64,000 bases of DNA, from the NCBI GenBank assembly GCA_965207065.1, contig OZ242260.1:128001-192000 (forward strand). Reading direction: 5' to 3'. The translations under genes and the position numbers were made by a program. This document shows, in pieces, positions 40,100 through 48,931 of this stretch. This stretch comes from a bacterium (GTDB lineage: Bacteria; UBA8248). Numbering within the stretch: position 1 is the first letter of the stretch; each line of letters begins with the position of its first letter. Under the pieces are notes generated by a model. It searched no databases, was not told the origin of the DNA, and saw nothing but the letters and a program-made list of their open reading frames with translations.

Positions 40100-41401
40100 T
40101 CAATTGCCGACAATCGAGATAAACAGCGTCCTCATGCTCAGATCGCTCGGGTTGATGCGATCGCGGAACTGTTTCACTCTCTCGTAAAATTGCTCCGGGG
40201 TGAGGTAGAGGCTCGCGACTCCACCTCCTGCGCTGCTCAGAATATCCGCACCGGCCAGAAACTCCAGTTTTTCCCGGGTAGCGATGAGATAGAAAGCTTC
40301 TCTGCCCGCCGGTGGCTTCACGGTTACCCTCATACCGCTATCCTTCAGCGGAAAATCGACGATCTCGGCCGCCTTCATCGGCATGTTGTCCATCAAACGT
40401 GTCACCTGACACGACGTGCTCACATGGAAAACGCTCATAAAGGTGGGAGCACCCACCCGCATTTGAAAAGTGAGCGGTTCGCCGAAATTGAACTTATTGT
40501 TCGGCACCGCCCACGCCTCGGCAATAAATTTGCTTATTGCTCTAAGCGGTCGCAGGTTACATTCGGTGTGCTTGGCTTTTTTCGGGGCGCTCGTCATTTT
40601 GGATATGAAGAGTGTTCTCATGCTCAGATCATCCGGATTCATTCGGTCGCGGAACTGTTTCACTCTCTGGAAGAATTGCTGGGGGTTGAGGTCGAGGCGC
40701 GCGATTCCACCCGCCCCGGTACTCAGGATATCCGCACTGGCCAGAAACTCCAGTTTTTCCCGGGTTGCGATGAGATAGAACGCCTCCCTGCCCGCGGGTG
40801 GTTTGGCGATCATTCGCATTCCGCTGTCCCGCAGCGGAAAATTGACTATCTCGGCCGCCTTCATCGACATGTTGTCCAACAAGCGCGTTACCTTACACGA
40901 CGCGCTCACATGGAAGACGCTCACGTAGGTAGGAGAACTCACTCGCATCTGGAATGTGAGCGGTTCGCCGAAGTTAAACTTGCGATTCGGCACTGCCCAT
41001 GCCTCGGCAAGAAATGTCCTGCCCGCTTTGAGTTTCTTCAGTCCGCATCGGGTGCGCACAACCTTCTTTCGCTTTCCCATCTGCGCCTTCTTCCGCATCT
41101 GCTGCTTCGTTCCCGCCTGAGAAATTTTTTGCTTCAGCATCTGATCTCGTTCCTTCGACATCTGTTGTCTTTCCTGCTGAAGACGCATCCTTTGTTCACT
41201 CTCAGCTTGTTCCCTCTGCATTCTCGCCTGCCTTTCGGCCCCTTCCTGAACCGTAGTCATGACATCTTGAGCTGCCCTTAAGTCCTCCGGGTCGCAACCC
41301 GTCGCAGTGCCTAACAACAAGACCAGGCAAAGTCCAAACAACCCCCGAATTCCAATAGATGCGCAATTGTTTTTGCTGCGCTTCATCGTCACGTTTTTCA
41401 T
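40100..41401 (-). CDS. lipoprotein with coiled coil and two tandem DUF4384-like domains
   Basis: Lipobox TATGC, Q/R/E-rich helix, two repeats 486 nt apart (FNFGEPLTFQM...PPAGREAFYLIATRE). Confidence 0.8.
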   Translation of the reverse strand: MKNVTMKRSKNNCASIGIRGLFGLCLVLLLGTATGCDPEDLRAAQDVMTTVQEGAERQARMQREQAESEQRMRLQQERQQMSKERDQMLKQKISQAGTKQQMRKKAQMGKRKKVVRTRCGLKKLKAGRTFLAEAWAVPNRKFNFGEPLTFQMRVSSPTYVSVFHVSASCKVTRLLDNMSMKAAEIVNFPLRDSGMRMIAKPPAGREAFYLIATREKLEFLASADILSTGAGGIARLDLNPQQFFQRVKQFRDRMNPDDLSMRTLFISKMTSAPKKAKHTECNLRPLRAISKFIAEAWAVPNNKFNFGEPLTFQMRVGAPTFMSVFHVSTSCQVTRLMDNMPMKAAEIVDFPLKDSGMRVTVKPPAGREAFYLIATREKLEFLAGADILSSAGGGVASLYLTPEQFYERVKQFRDRINPSDLSMRTLFISIVGN

Positions 41402-41465
41402 GAGCAGGCTCCTTTGTTTTTCTCGATAGGCGCGGTCATGCCTCCTACTATCACCCCCGACCTTC

Positions 41466-43226
41466 CTAAAAGAAAATCTTCACGAAAACGTTGCCGCTCG
41501 TCGTTTCTTCTTCGTCTTTCCTGCTGGTGGAAATCGATAGACTGAACTCGGCGCTCGAGCCCAACGGTGAGCGGAGACCGACTTTCCCCTCCCAGCCAAA
41601 CTTGTCTCTCACGGACGTACTTCGAACGATGTCGTAATCCATTGACGCGCCGACAAACAGGCGGGCATCGGCTTTCACCGCAAATGCACATTCTCCGCCT
41701 GCAATCGCCTGGCCGAGGTAGATGTTTTCTCCGCCGCCTTCATGTGTATAAGCGAGTTGACCGAACCCGCTTAATTCGACCTTGCCAAATTGCTTCTGCG
41801 CGAGCATGGTCAGGGAAAACAGCGTGCGCATCGCCTTTTCATTGTCTTCCGGCGTCGGGTTGAACTTCTTTTTTTTGTTCAGATAGGTGAGCGCGGCCTG
41901 CGGCACGAGCGTAAGGTTTTTATTAAGAATATGTGCCGTATAAGCCGTCGCCGTGAGACCTTGCGTCCGTCTTTGGGTCCCTCCCAGCAACGACTCCCTG
42001 GTATACTCCGTGCCCAAGCCGAAACCGAGCAGACTCTGCGGGGTGAGCAACGTGTCCATCATGACGAGAACGTAACGCGAGTTGGCTTCGAAGAGGCCCT
42101 CGCCACCACTCGATTTGCTGTAGCCTATGTCTATTGCCAAATTCGGCGGATAATCGGGAAGCGCCTCGTCCCCTGCGTTGAGTCCTGTTACTCCGCTCGA
42201 AGTTCGCGCCGGCCTGGCGAAACTGCTCCCGCCCGCAGGACGCAGCTTCTGAACCCGGTTCACCACCGTGCGTGAAAGATAGGCGGAAGCCGCGCGGATC
42301 GTTGCAAGCGTTGCCTCCCTTTCTGAAACATGCTCGGCGCAGCGTCTCGCCGCAGTCGCGTGGCCACGCGCTGCAGTCGCCGCCTCACTTGAATTTTCTG
42401 CCGCATCCGTCGCATCCGTCGTCAGCATACCTGCTTGTCTCGTCGCATCTCGCGCATCATCCGCCGCGCTCTTGGCGGCGTCCGCCGCCTCTCGCGCCGC
42501 GTCCACATGCCGCGCAATGGAAGCAAAACTCTGACCAGTCAGGTAATCTGCCGCCTTGTTCGCCGAAACAGCGGCTGCTCTCGCCGCTTTCGCCGCTTTT
42601 CTCGCCGCCTCCGCCGCCTTCTCCAGGTCATCTGCTGCATTTGCAGCTGCCTCTCTCGCTGCTCTAGCCGCTTGTTCCGCCTCGTCCGCCGCTTTGTCCG
42701 CATTGTCTGCAGCATCTCGGGCATCGTTCACGGCGTTTCGTGCATCATCCAGCGCTCTTTGCGCTTCTGCTAAATCTTGAGCTGTTGGACTCCTTGGCAC
42801 AGTAACTGTTGTTCCATCTGCGGATGCTATGGAGACGACAGTAGCTCCCGCATCCGCTGCTGCATCCGCCGCTGCTCTCGCATCAGCTGCTTCCTTCGCT
42901 GCTTCCGCAGCAGCTTTCGCAGCAGCAGCGGCTTGCTCTGCCTGTGTCGCCGCTGCTTCCGCTTTGTCCTTTTCGCTTTTAACCATCGATGCTTTGCTTA
43001 CTGCTGTTTTTTTCTCTTCGCCTGCCGATTCCGCTTCATTTTGCGCATCGTCCGCAAATGCCACACACTCTTTCGCCTTGGCGACGATGCTACGCGCCTC
43101 ATCGATGATCCTCTGAATCTCGTCGAGGTCGGGAAGGCCCTGCGCGTGAGCGGGCTGGAAGCCGGCAAAGAGCACAAACGTGAAACATATATGCAAAACA
43201 AATACACAACGTGTGAATAGAGTCAT
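41466..43226 (-). CDS. autotransporter-like outer-membrane protein with Ala-rich coiled-coil passenger
   Basis: Signal peptide AHA, about 270-aa Ala-rich helix, GLNAGD linker, amphipathic beta-strand C-terminus ending VFVKIFF. Confidence 0.7.
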   Translation of the reverse strand: MTLFTRCVFVLHICFTFVLFAGFQPAHAQGLPDLDEIQRIIDEARSIVAKAKECVAFADDAQNEAESAGEEKKTAVSKASMVKSEKDKAEAAATQAEQAAAAAKAAAEAAKEAADARAAADAAADAGATVVSIASADGTTVTVPRSPTAQDLAEAQRALDDARNAVNDARDAADNADKAADEAEQAARAAREAAANAADDLEKAAEAARKAAKAARAAAVSANKAADYLTGQSFASIARHVDAAREAADAAKSAADDARDATRQAGMLTTDATDAAENSSEAATAARGHATAARRCAEHVSEREATLATIRAASAYLSRTVVNRVQKLRPAGGSSFARPARTSSGVTGLNAGDEALPDYPPNLAIDIGYSKSSGGEGLFEANSRYVLVMMDTLLTPQSLLGFGLGTEYTRESLLGGTQRRTQGLTATAYTAHILNKNLTLVPQAALTYLNKKKKFNPTPEDNEKAMRTLFSLTMLAQKQFGKVELSGFGQLAYTHEGGGENIYLGQAIAGGECAFAVKADARLFVGASMDYDIVRSTSVRDKFGWEGKVGLRSPLGSSAEFSLSISTSRKDEEETTSGNVFVKIFF

Positions 43227-43496
43227 TTAATAGTCACCTTTCGTAGGATTGAACCAAGTGGCTAAGAGCCGCATTCTCATGGTGTCTTCCTGCTGGTTGT
43301 TTCTTCATATATTCACGCCATACGAGGAATGTGAATCCGGTCGTTTTGCTTTGGAAGGTTTACCTAGATGAAACGCATGCTGTTCAATACGCCAATCTTG
43401 GTAAAATCACCGATGTCATTTACCGTCGCGCCCGACCGGTTCAGATGATTCTATAAATTTCTGTGTTGCTCGTTCTGTCTATTTTGCAGTACTTAA

Positions 43497-43542
43497 AGTA
43501 TAGGAAGCTGAACGCTGATTCGCGCCCCCAATTTATGGGGGG
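43497..43542 (-). promoter_or_regulatory. putative activator-dependent promoter of the caspase operon
   Basis: -10 TATACT (43497-43502); palindrome CCCCCAATTTATGGGGGG (43525-43542) centred near -43. Confidence 0.6.
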
Positions 43543-43619
43543 AAGAGGTGATTTATTGGAATTTTTTCAGTGGCCAGGGAAGGGAGATATTCGGAAAGGT
43601 GGACGACGTCGTTATAGGC

Positions 43620-44789
43620 CTAGGACTGGTTCTGCCTTTGGTCTCGAGTCTCCGGAACGTAGGCCAGCGGCAGCAAAAACCGCATAAGATCTGCCTGCCG
43701 GGAGAGGCCGAGCTTGGTGAGCATGTTCTTTACGTGCCAGCGAATCGTACTTTCCTTTCGGCCCGTCGCCGCGGCGATCTCATGGATGCTCATTCCTTCT
43801 GCCAACAGCACCGCCACCCGGCTCTCCGCCATCGTCAGGCCGAGGGTCGCCCCGGCCATGGCCGGATCGATACGGAGCCGGCTCTCCGGGTCCACGACCA
43901 GAACGAGCGCCGCAACCGGCCAGACGTGAAGGTCCGTCTCCTGCTGAACCACCGGGTTGACGTGCAGCAACAGCGGAAGGGCCGATGCACCACGCCTTAC
44001 CATCGTAGAGCCGCCGATGCTCTGAGCCCCGAACGGCGGCAGCGCACGCTTAAGCAGTCCTTGGAGATTGGCGTTGTCCTCCGATTTGCGGGCGAACAGG
44101 AAACCGCGCTCGTCGAACAGACCATCTCCGGTCCTCAGTAAATCCCGGACACGGTCGTTCATTTCCACGATCCGCCCGCGCCGGTCGAGCTGGATGATGC
44201 CCAACCCGGTGGTGTCTAGCAGCTCCGTGAGGGACGCTCCCAGAGCGCCCGCGCTGGCCAGCGCCTGCCGGACGCTCACGTATAGGCGGATATGGGGCAG
44301 GAGACGGCGGAGCGAGTCGATTTGGGCGGACGACCAGCTGCTGCCGTCAACCGGGTCGTGGACGAACCAGCCAATGCTCAAGCTGTCGGGTCCGTCCAGG
44401 CGCACGTTGATGGTGTTCCGGGCATACACACGGGTCGAGAAATCATTGAATACGACCGAGGTCATCCGCTCCTTCTCGGTGTAGAGGTCGGCCATATGGA
44501 CCAGTTGGCTGTCGGGGCGATGCTGCAGGCGTGGGACACGCTCGTCCAGGGGGTAGTAGACCTCGAAGTACTCACGTTCCCATTCGTGGTGTCGTTGCCC
44601 GTGGTAGAAGAACCCCGCGTAGTAGAACTGGATGTCCTCCCCGGAATCAATATCGCCGATCACGAGGCTGTTGCCGTGCACGCGGAGGATGTCGTCGATC
44701 AGCGCGGAGGCGGTCGGCCAGTGCGTATCGTCCAGCGCCGCCTCTTGCAATGACACCAGGATGCGCTCGAACTTCCCCCGTTCGCTCAT
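43620..44789 (-). CDS. LuxR-type HTH regulator with N-terminal sensor/PAS-like regions
   Basis: C-terminal GLTMAESRVA.LLAEGMS..EIA..TGRKESTIRWHVK..LTKLG.SRQADL; PAS-like GIIQLDRRGRIVEMN. Confidence 0.88.
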   Translation of the reverse strand: MSERGKFERILVSLQEAALDDTHWPTASALIDDILRVHGNSLVIGDIDSGEDIQFYYAGFFYHGQRHHEWEREYFEVYYPLDERVPRLQHRPDSQLVHMADLYTEKERMTSVVFNDFSTRVYARNTINVRLDGPDSLSIGWFVHDPVDGSSWSSAQIDSLRRLLPHIRLYVSVRQALASAGALGASLTELLDTTGLGIIQLDRRGRIVEMNDRVRDLLRTGDGLFDERGFLFARKSEDNANLQGLLKRALPPFGAQSIGGSTMVRRGASALPLLLHVNPVVQQETDLHVWPVAALVLVVDPESRLRIDPAMAGATLGLTMAESRVAVLLAEGMSIHEIAAATGRKESTIRWHVKNMLTKLGLSRQADLMRFLLPLAYVPETRDQRQNQS

Positions 44790-45136
44790 GGCAGCGTCCT
44801 CTATAGCGGACTCTCTACCAGTCCATATCCCAATATCACGGGCGGCAGGGTTTTTATTTGTTACCCGTACGCGCCGCTACAATAATGGGCATGAACATCG
44901 CCGTGGCCGAACCGTCTCACCTTCTGCAGGGCGAAATCGACGGCATTGTGTTCGCGCTGCCGGAGCGCGAAAAGTTTTGTCCCGGAAGCGGTAACGAACC
45001 GCATTCCCGGGCCAAAGTCAATTGAACAAATCCGACATCGTATTTCACTTCGCCGGTGTTCAATTCTGCTTCGCTGGCGGTACAGAGGTATGCACCCGTT
45101 TCGCTCTGCATGTTCAGGCCAAATTACAATAATTCA

Positions 45137-45182
45137 AGTATAGGATATCGCGCGCTTCTTGGCCCCCCAAATATTGAGGGGG
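45137..45182 (-). promoter_or_regulatory. second copy of the palindrome + TATACT promoter
   Basis: -10 TATACT (45137-45142); palindrome CCCCCCAAATATTGAGGGGG (45163-45182) centred near -42.5. Confidence 0.6.
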
Positions 45183-45374
45183 TATAGGGAAATCTTTATC
45201 TGTATCTACGGTATTTTCGGGAAAATGGACAAAATCATCACCGCTCTTAGGCTGCTTCTGTTTTCAGTCTTGAATCACTGAGACGTAGGCCTGCGATAGA
45301 ATGAGCCTCACCAGTTCGGACTGTATGCCCACTAATATCTGCCGAACGAGGCTGCCGAGCAAATTAGGCCCGTC

Positions 45375-45626
45375 GTGGAAGAATTGTTCAGCCCAGGCAC
45401 GCCGTTCACAGCACAGCACCTTGCCAAGCTATCAAAGCACTTAGGAGTCCGAAACGGAGACGACGCTGACCACCGGTACTGCGTGTACGACAAGAAAGTA
45501 AAGCGCGCTTTCTACCGACGCGACGGAATACAATACATCATAGAAAAACTTCGGGAAAAACCCGACGACTGCCTTCTGAGATTTGCTTCCAAAGCCACCA
45601 TTCAAGCGCATGAAACCCGAGAATGA
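45375..45626 (+). CDS. hypothetical protein or gene fragment
   Basis: 83-aa ORF with protein-like composition and no clear RBS. Confidence 0.3.
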   Translation: MEELFSPGTPFTAQHLAKLSKHLGVRNGDDADHRYCVYDKKVKRAFYRRDGIQYIIEKLREKPDDCLLRFASKATIQAHETRE

Positions 45627-46076
45627 CCCGTATATGTTACATCCATTTTCTCGTCGGTTAATTGCTCAGGATAATTCGTGAAATTCTCGGTGCAACCTAA
45701 TTTTCTGCACGTAGGACAATATCGTAATTCATGCTTTTATCTTGCCTAGGCAGGTCGCTCTTCAATCAGATGCTTTCATAAAGGCCTCTTGGAAATAATC
45801 CGGGAACACAACCAAATTCCTGGATGGAATAAAGGAAGAAGTACGACCAGAAGTGTGTTCCCACCAAGCATGAATTATCTGCGTCAAAACTACTAACGCT
45901 AGCTGTTAGATACTAGCCTTTTGTTTCCTTATGTAAGTTCAATATCAAAACCTACTCTGGAAAACCTTAGGCATGTTGAATTTTACAATTTAGAATTTGC
46001 TCTACACACCGTTTCATTAGAAAAAAGCGGCAGTGAAGAAGTATTTTGACTCAAAATTATTATGTTCCTATTGATC

Positions 46077-46108
46077 ATGAATCATGAACCTCATGAACCT
46101 TATGAACC
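46077..46108. repeat. iteron-like ATGAACC repeats (left arm)
   Basis: ATGAACC at 46084, 46093 and 46102 (9-bp period), plus ATGAATC at 46077. Confidence 0.75.
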
Positions 46109-46193
46109 ATTATATTTATGGGAATTATAAATAAACGTTGACAAGAATAGTGAAAGGGTGTATATTGTTCTTATCAGATAAGGAGATAAGGAC

Positions 46194-47132
46194 ATGGCGC
46201 AATCAGCACCCGGCAAGGCCTACCGAAACGGAATCTCGATAATAGAACTCGCTGAAATGTTCCCCGATGAGGATTCGGCCCGGAAGTGGTTTGAATCCCA
46301 GCGTTGGGGCGATCAAAGGTGTTGCCCTCATTGCGGAAGCGTCAAGACGAGCGATGCCTCTCACAAGTACATGCCTTACTGGTGCACCGATTGCCGAAGC
46401 TATTTCAGCGTTCGCACCGGCACGCTCCTTGAATCATCCAAGGTTCCTCTCAAGAAGTGGGTATGGGCAATCTATCTACACCTCACGAATCTCAAGGGCA
46501 TATCCTCGATGAAGTTGCACCGGGATATAGGCGTGAGCCAGCCGACGGCATGGTTCATGCTCCAGCGTATCCGCAAGGCGTTTGAGGATAATGACGATCC
46601 TCCCTTCGGCGGCCCGGTGGAAATGGATGAAACGTATTTCGGCGGCAAGGAGAGGAACAAGCACAACTCGAAGAAGGCGAAGGCCGGACGCGGGCCGGTA
46701 GGCAAGGTCGCCGTTGTAGGCGCGAAGGACAGGAAAACCAACAAGGTGAAGGCCCGGGTGGTGGACAGCGTGGACGGACAGACCATCAGCGATTTCGTGG
46801 ACGAGCATATCCTGCCCGGAGCGGAGCTTTACACCGACAGCGCAACATCCTACAATCGGGTTTCAGGAATCGAGCATCACGCGGTGAATCATTCAGTCGG
46901 GGAGTATGTGAGGGATATGGTTCATACAAACGGCGTGGAAAGCTTCTGGTCGATGCTCAAGAGGGCGCACAAGGGCGTCTATCACAAGATCAGCCCGAAG
47001 CACCTTCACCGGTACGTTGCAGACTTCGCCGGAAAGCACGGCATCCGCCCCCTCGATACAACTGCCCAAATGGCCGCGCTGGTTCACGGCATGAACGGCA
47101 AGCGGCTCAAGTGGCGGGAGTTGATTGCATAG
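46194..47132 (+). CDS. IS1595-family transposase
   Basis: Zn ribbon CPHC..CTDC, FSVRTGT, VEMDETYFGG, LYTD, VNHS, HTNGVESFW. Confidence 0.95.
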   Translation: MAQSAPGKAYRNGISIIELAEMFPDEDSARKWFESQRWGDQRCCPHCGSVKTSDASHKYMPYWCTDCRSYFSVRTGTLLESSKVPLKKWVWAIYLHLTNLKGISSMKLHRDIGVSQPTAWFMLQRIRKAFEDNDDPPFGGPVEMDETYFGGKERNKHNSKKAKAGRGPVGKVAVVGAKDRKTNKVKARVVDSVDGQTISDFVDEHILPGAELYTDSATSYNRVSGIEHHAVNHSVGEYVRDMVHTNGVESFWSMLKRAHKGVYHKISPKHLHRYVADFAGKHGIRPLDTTAQMAALVHGMNGKRLKWRELIA

Positions 47133-47135
47133 TGG

Positions 47136-47477
47136 CTAGCAACGATCCTCATCCATGGGATCCTCCTCCTTGGGACCTCCCTCCTTGGGATCCCAATTCA
47201 ACAAATTATGAATACCAATCTCAAGAAGAATATCGCGAATTGAGCCAACTATCTTTTGAACGTATTCATAATTCAGTCCGTGCGATCTTATCTGATCTTG
47301 CTCGCTCTCAATCGTGCGTTCCAAGTGATGCAAAAAGTTCTCGGCAGTTATCTCATCGCGATTTTCAACATAGTCCAACGCATGAATTGTGTGAGTCAGG
47401 TATTTCAGGAATAGCGAGAAAACCAAAGCAATCAATTCAGGTGATACTCCAGATAGCTCATTGTCTTTGTCCATCAT
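47136..47477 (-). CDS. hypothetical passenger protein
   Basis: 113-aa ORF directly downstream of the MTase-HNH gene, SD GGGGA. Confidence 0.5.
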   Translation of the reverse strand: MMDKDNELSGVSPELIALVFSLFLKYLTHTIHALDYVENRDEITAENFLHHLERTIESEQDQIRSHGLNYEYVQKIVGSIRDILLEIGIHNLLNWDPKEGGPKEEDPMDEDRC

Positions 47478-47486
47478 GCCAGTCCC

Positions 47487-48735
47487 CTATCTCAATTGAA
47501 GTTTCAGTTTCAGGTATTCCATCCCCCGGTCTCCCTTAATCCGGTTGCATGAGCCGCATAGCAGTTGCAGGTTCTCGATGTGATCCGTTCCGCCGTTCGT
47601 GCGGGCGATGATATGGTCAACCTCAAGATGCCGAATCTCGAAATGCGTCGCGCATCCGGCGCAGTTGCCCGATTGCTCGCCGTACAGTGTCTTCTTGTGG
47701 GTTCTGTAATGGGGAATATCGCCCATATCAGTCCGTTGCGGGATATCCGATCTTCGTACAGCGAGACCAAATAGACCGAGTTCATCCCGAAGGCGCATAT
47801 CGACCAAATCCTGAGCCTTTGCAGATACGTCAATCCCTATCCAGTCGCGTACAAGTCTCTCTGCCGCAACACAAGCCGTGGCGCACCCGCAAAACGGATC
47901 TAACACAATATCGCTCCGATTTGATGACGCCTTGATGATGCGCTCTAAAAGAGCAAGAGGCTTCTGTGTTGGATATCCTGTCTCTTCTTTGTTTGTTGAC
48001 GGAAACCATCCCCTGCGGCTGGATAATTGCATGATGTCCGACCATACGCTCGAAAGCGGCATGCCGGGGCTTTCATCAAGGTATTGCCGGAAAACTTCCC
48101 CCTTGCGTGAGCGTGTACGGTAAGCCCTTCCGTGCTCATCGGTATGGCGAAACCAGTCTTTGATGTACTTTTCAGAGTAGGGAGTATTCTGTCGATTGTA
48201 GAGGTGCTTCCCATAATTTGAGGCGTATACAAGGAGGCAATCGTGAACCTTGACAGGCTTCCCCCCCCCCCGCCCTTCCGCCAGACGGCGTTCCGTAGTT
48301 CCATATAATCTCGTTCACGAAATTGTTTCGACCGAAAATAGAGTCCATGACAAGCTTAAGGTAATGACTGGCGAACTGGTTGCAATGCAGATATATGCTC
48401 CCCGTGGGTTTCAATATCCGCTTCATTTCAAGGATGCGATCCGCCATATAGCTCAAGTACGCCTTATCGCTATCCGTCATGGCCGCAAGCAGCACCTGGT
48501 ATAGCTGGGGGTGCTTTGCCTCGATGAGGTTGATACCCTCGGTGTCCAGGTCGCTGAGAGTCCATATATCCTTGAACTCGGCGCCCTCGGCAGGGCTTCC
48601 TATCGGCGCGGCGTAGTTGGCATTTGAGTTGAAGGGTGGATCAAGATATATCAGGTCAACGGATGCGGAGTTCATCCCCCGCATGATGGGCAGGTTGTCC
48701 CCGGCCCATATTGTTCGATTCGCCCAGTTCTTCAT
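47487..48735 (-). pseudogene. N4/N6 DNA methyltransferase-HNH nuclease fusion, out of frame at a G11 tract
   Basis: LIYLDPPFNS in the 5' ORF; YPTQKP, VLDPFCGC and HNH (CAGC..EVDHI..GG....NLQLLCGSCN..K) in the 3' ORF; removing one G at 48261-48271 gives a continuous 415-aa frame. Confidence 0.85.
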
Positions 48736-48852
48736 GGGCAGAGAATACGTGATTAATCTGGAGGCGTCAACGCTTCTTTATAATTCCCATATTTATAGTT
48801 CTTTATACTATGTATAACTATATTATTTTTCTTAAAGTAATATAGACCTAAT

Positions 48853-48931
48853 GGTTCATATGGTTCAAAAGTATTGATTTTATTATGTTTAATTGATTTT
48901 TTATGGTTCATTCATGGTTCATAAATGAACC
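48853..48931. repeat. iteron-like GGTTCAT repeats (right arm, inverted)
   Basis: GGTTCA(T/A) at 48853, 48862, 48905 and 48916, ATGAACC at 48925, in AT-rich DNA. Confidence 0.75.

Larger units (their letters stand above)
46120..48788 (+). mobile_element. IS1595-family element with passenger genes (2669 bp)
   Basis: 23-bp TIRs GGGAATTATAAATAAACGTTGAC / GGGAATTATAAAGAAGCGTTGAC (21/23); 8-bp TSD ATATTTAT at 46112-46119 and 48789-48796. Confidence 0.93.
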
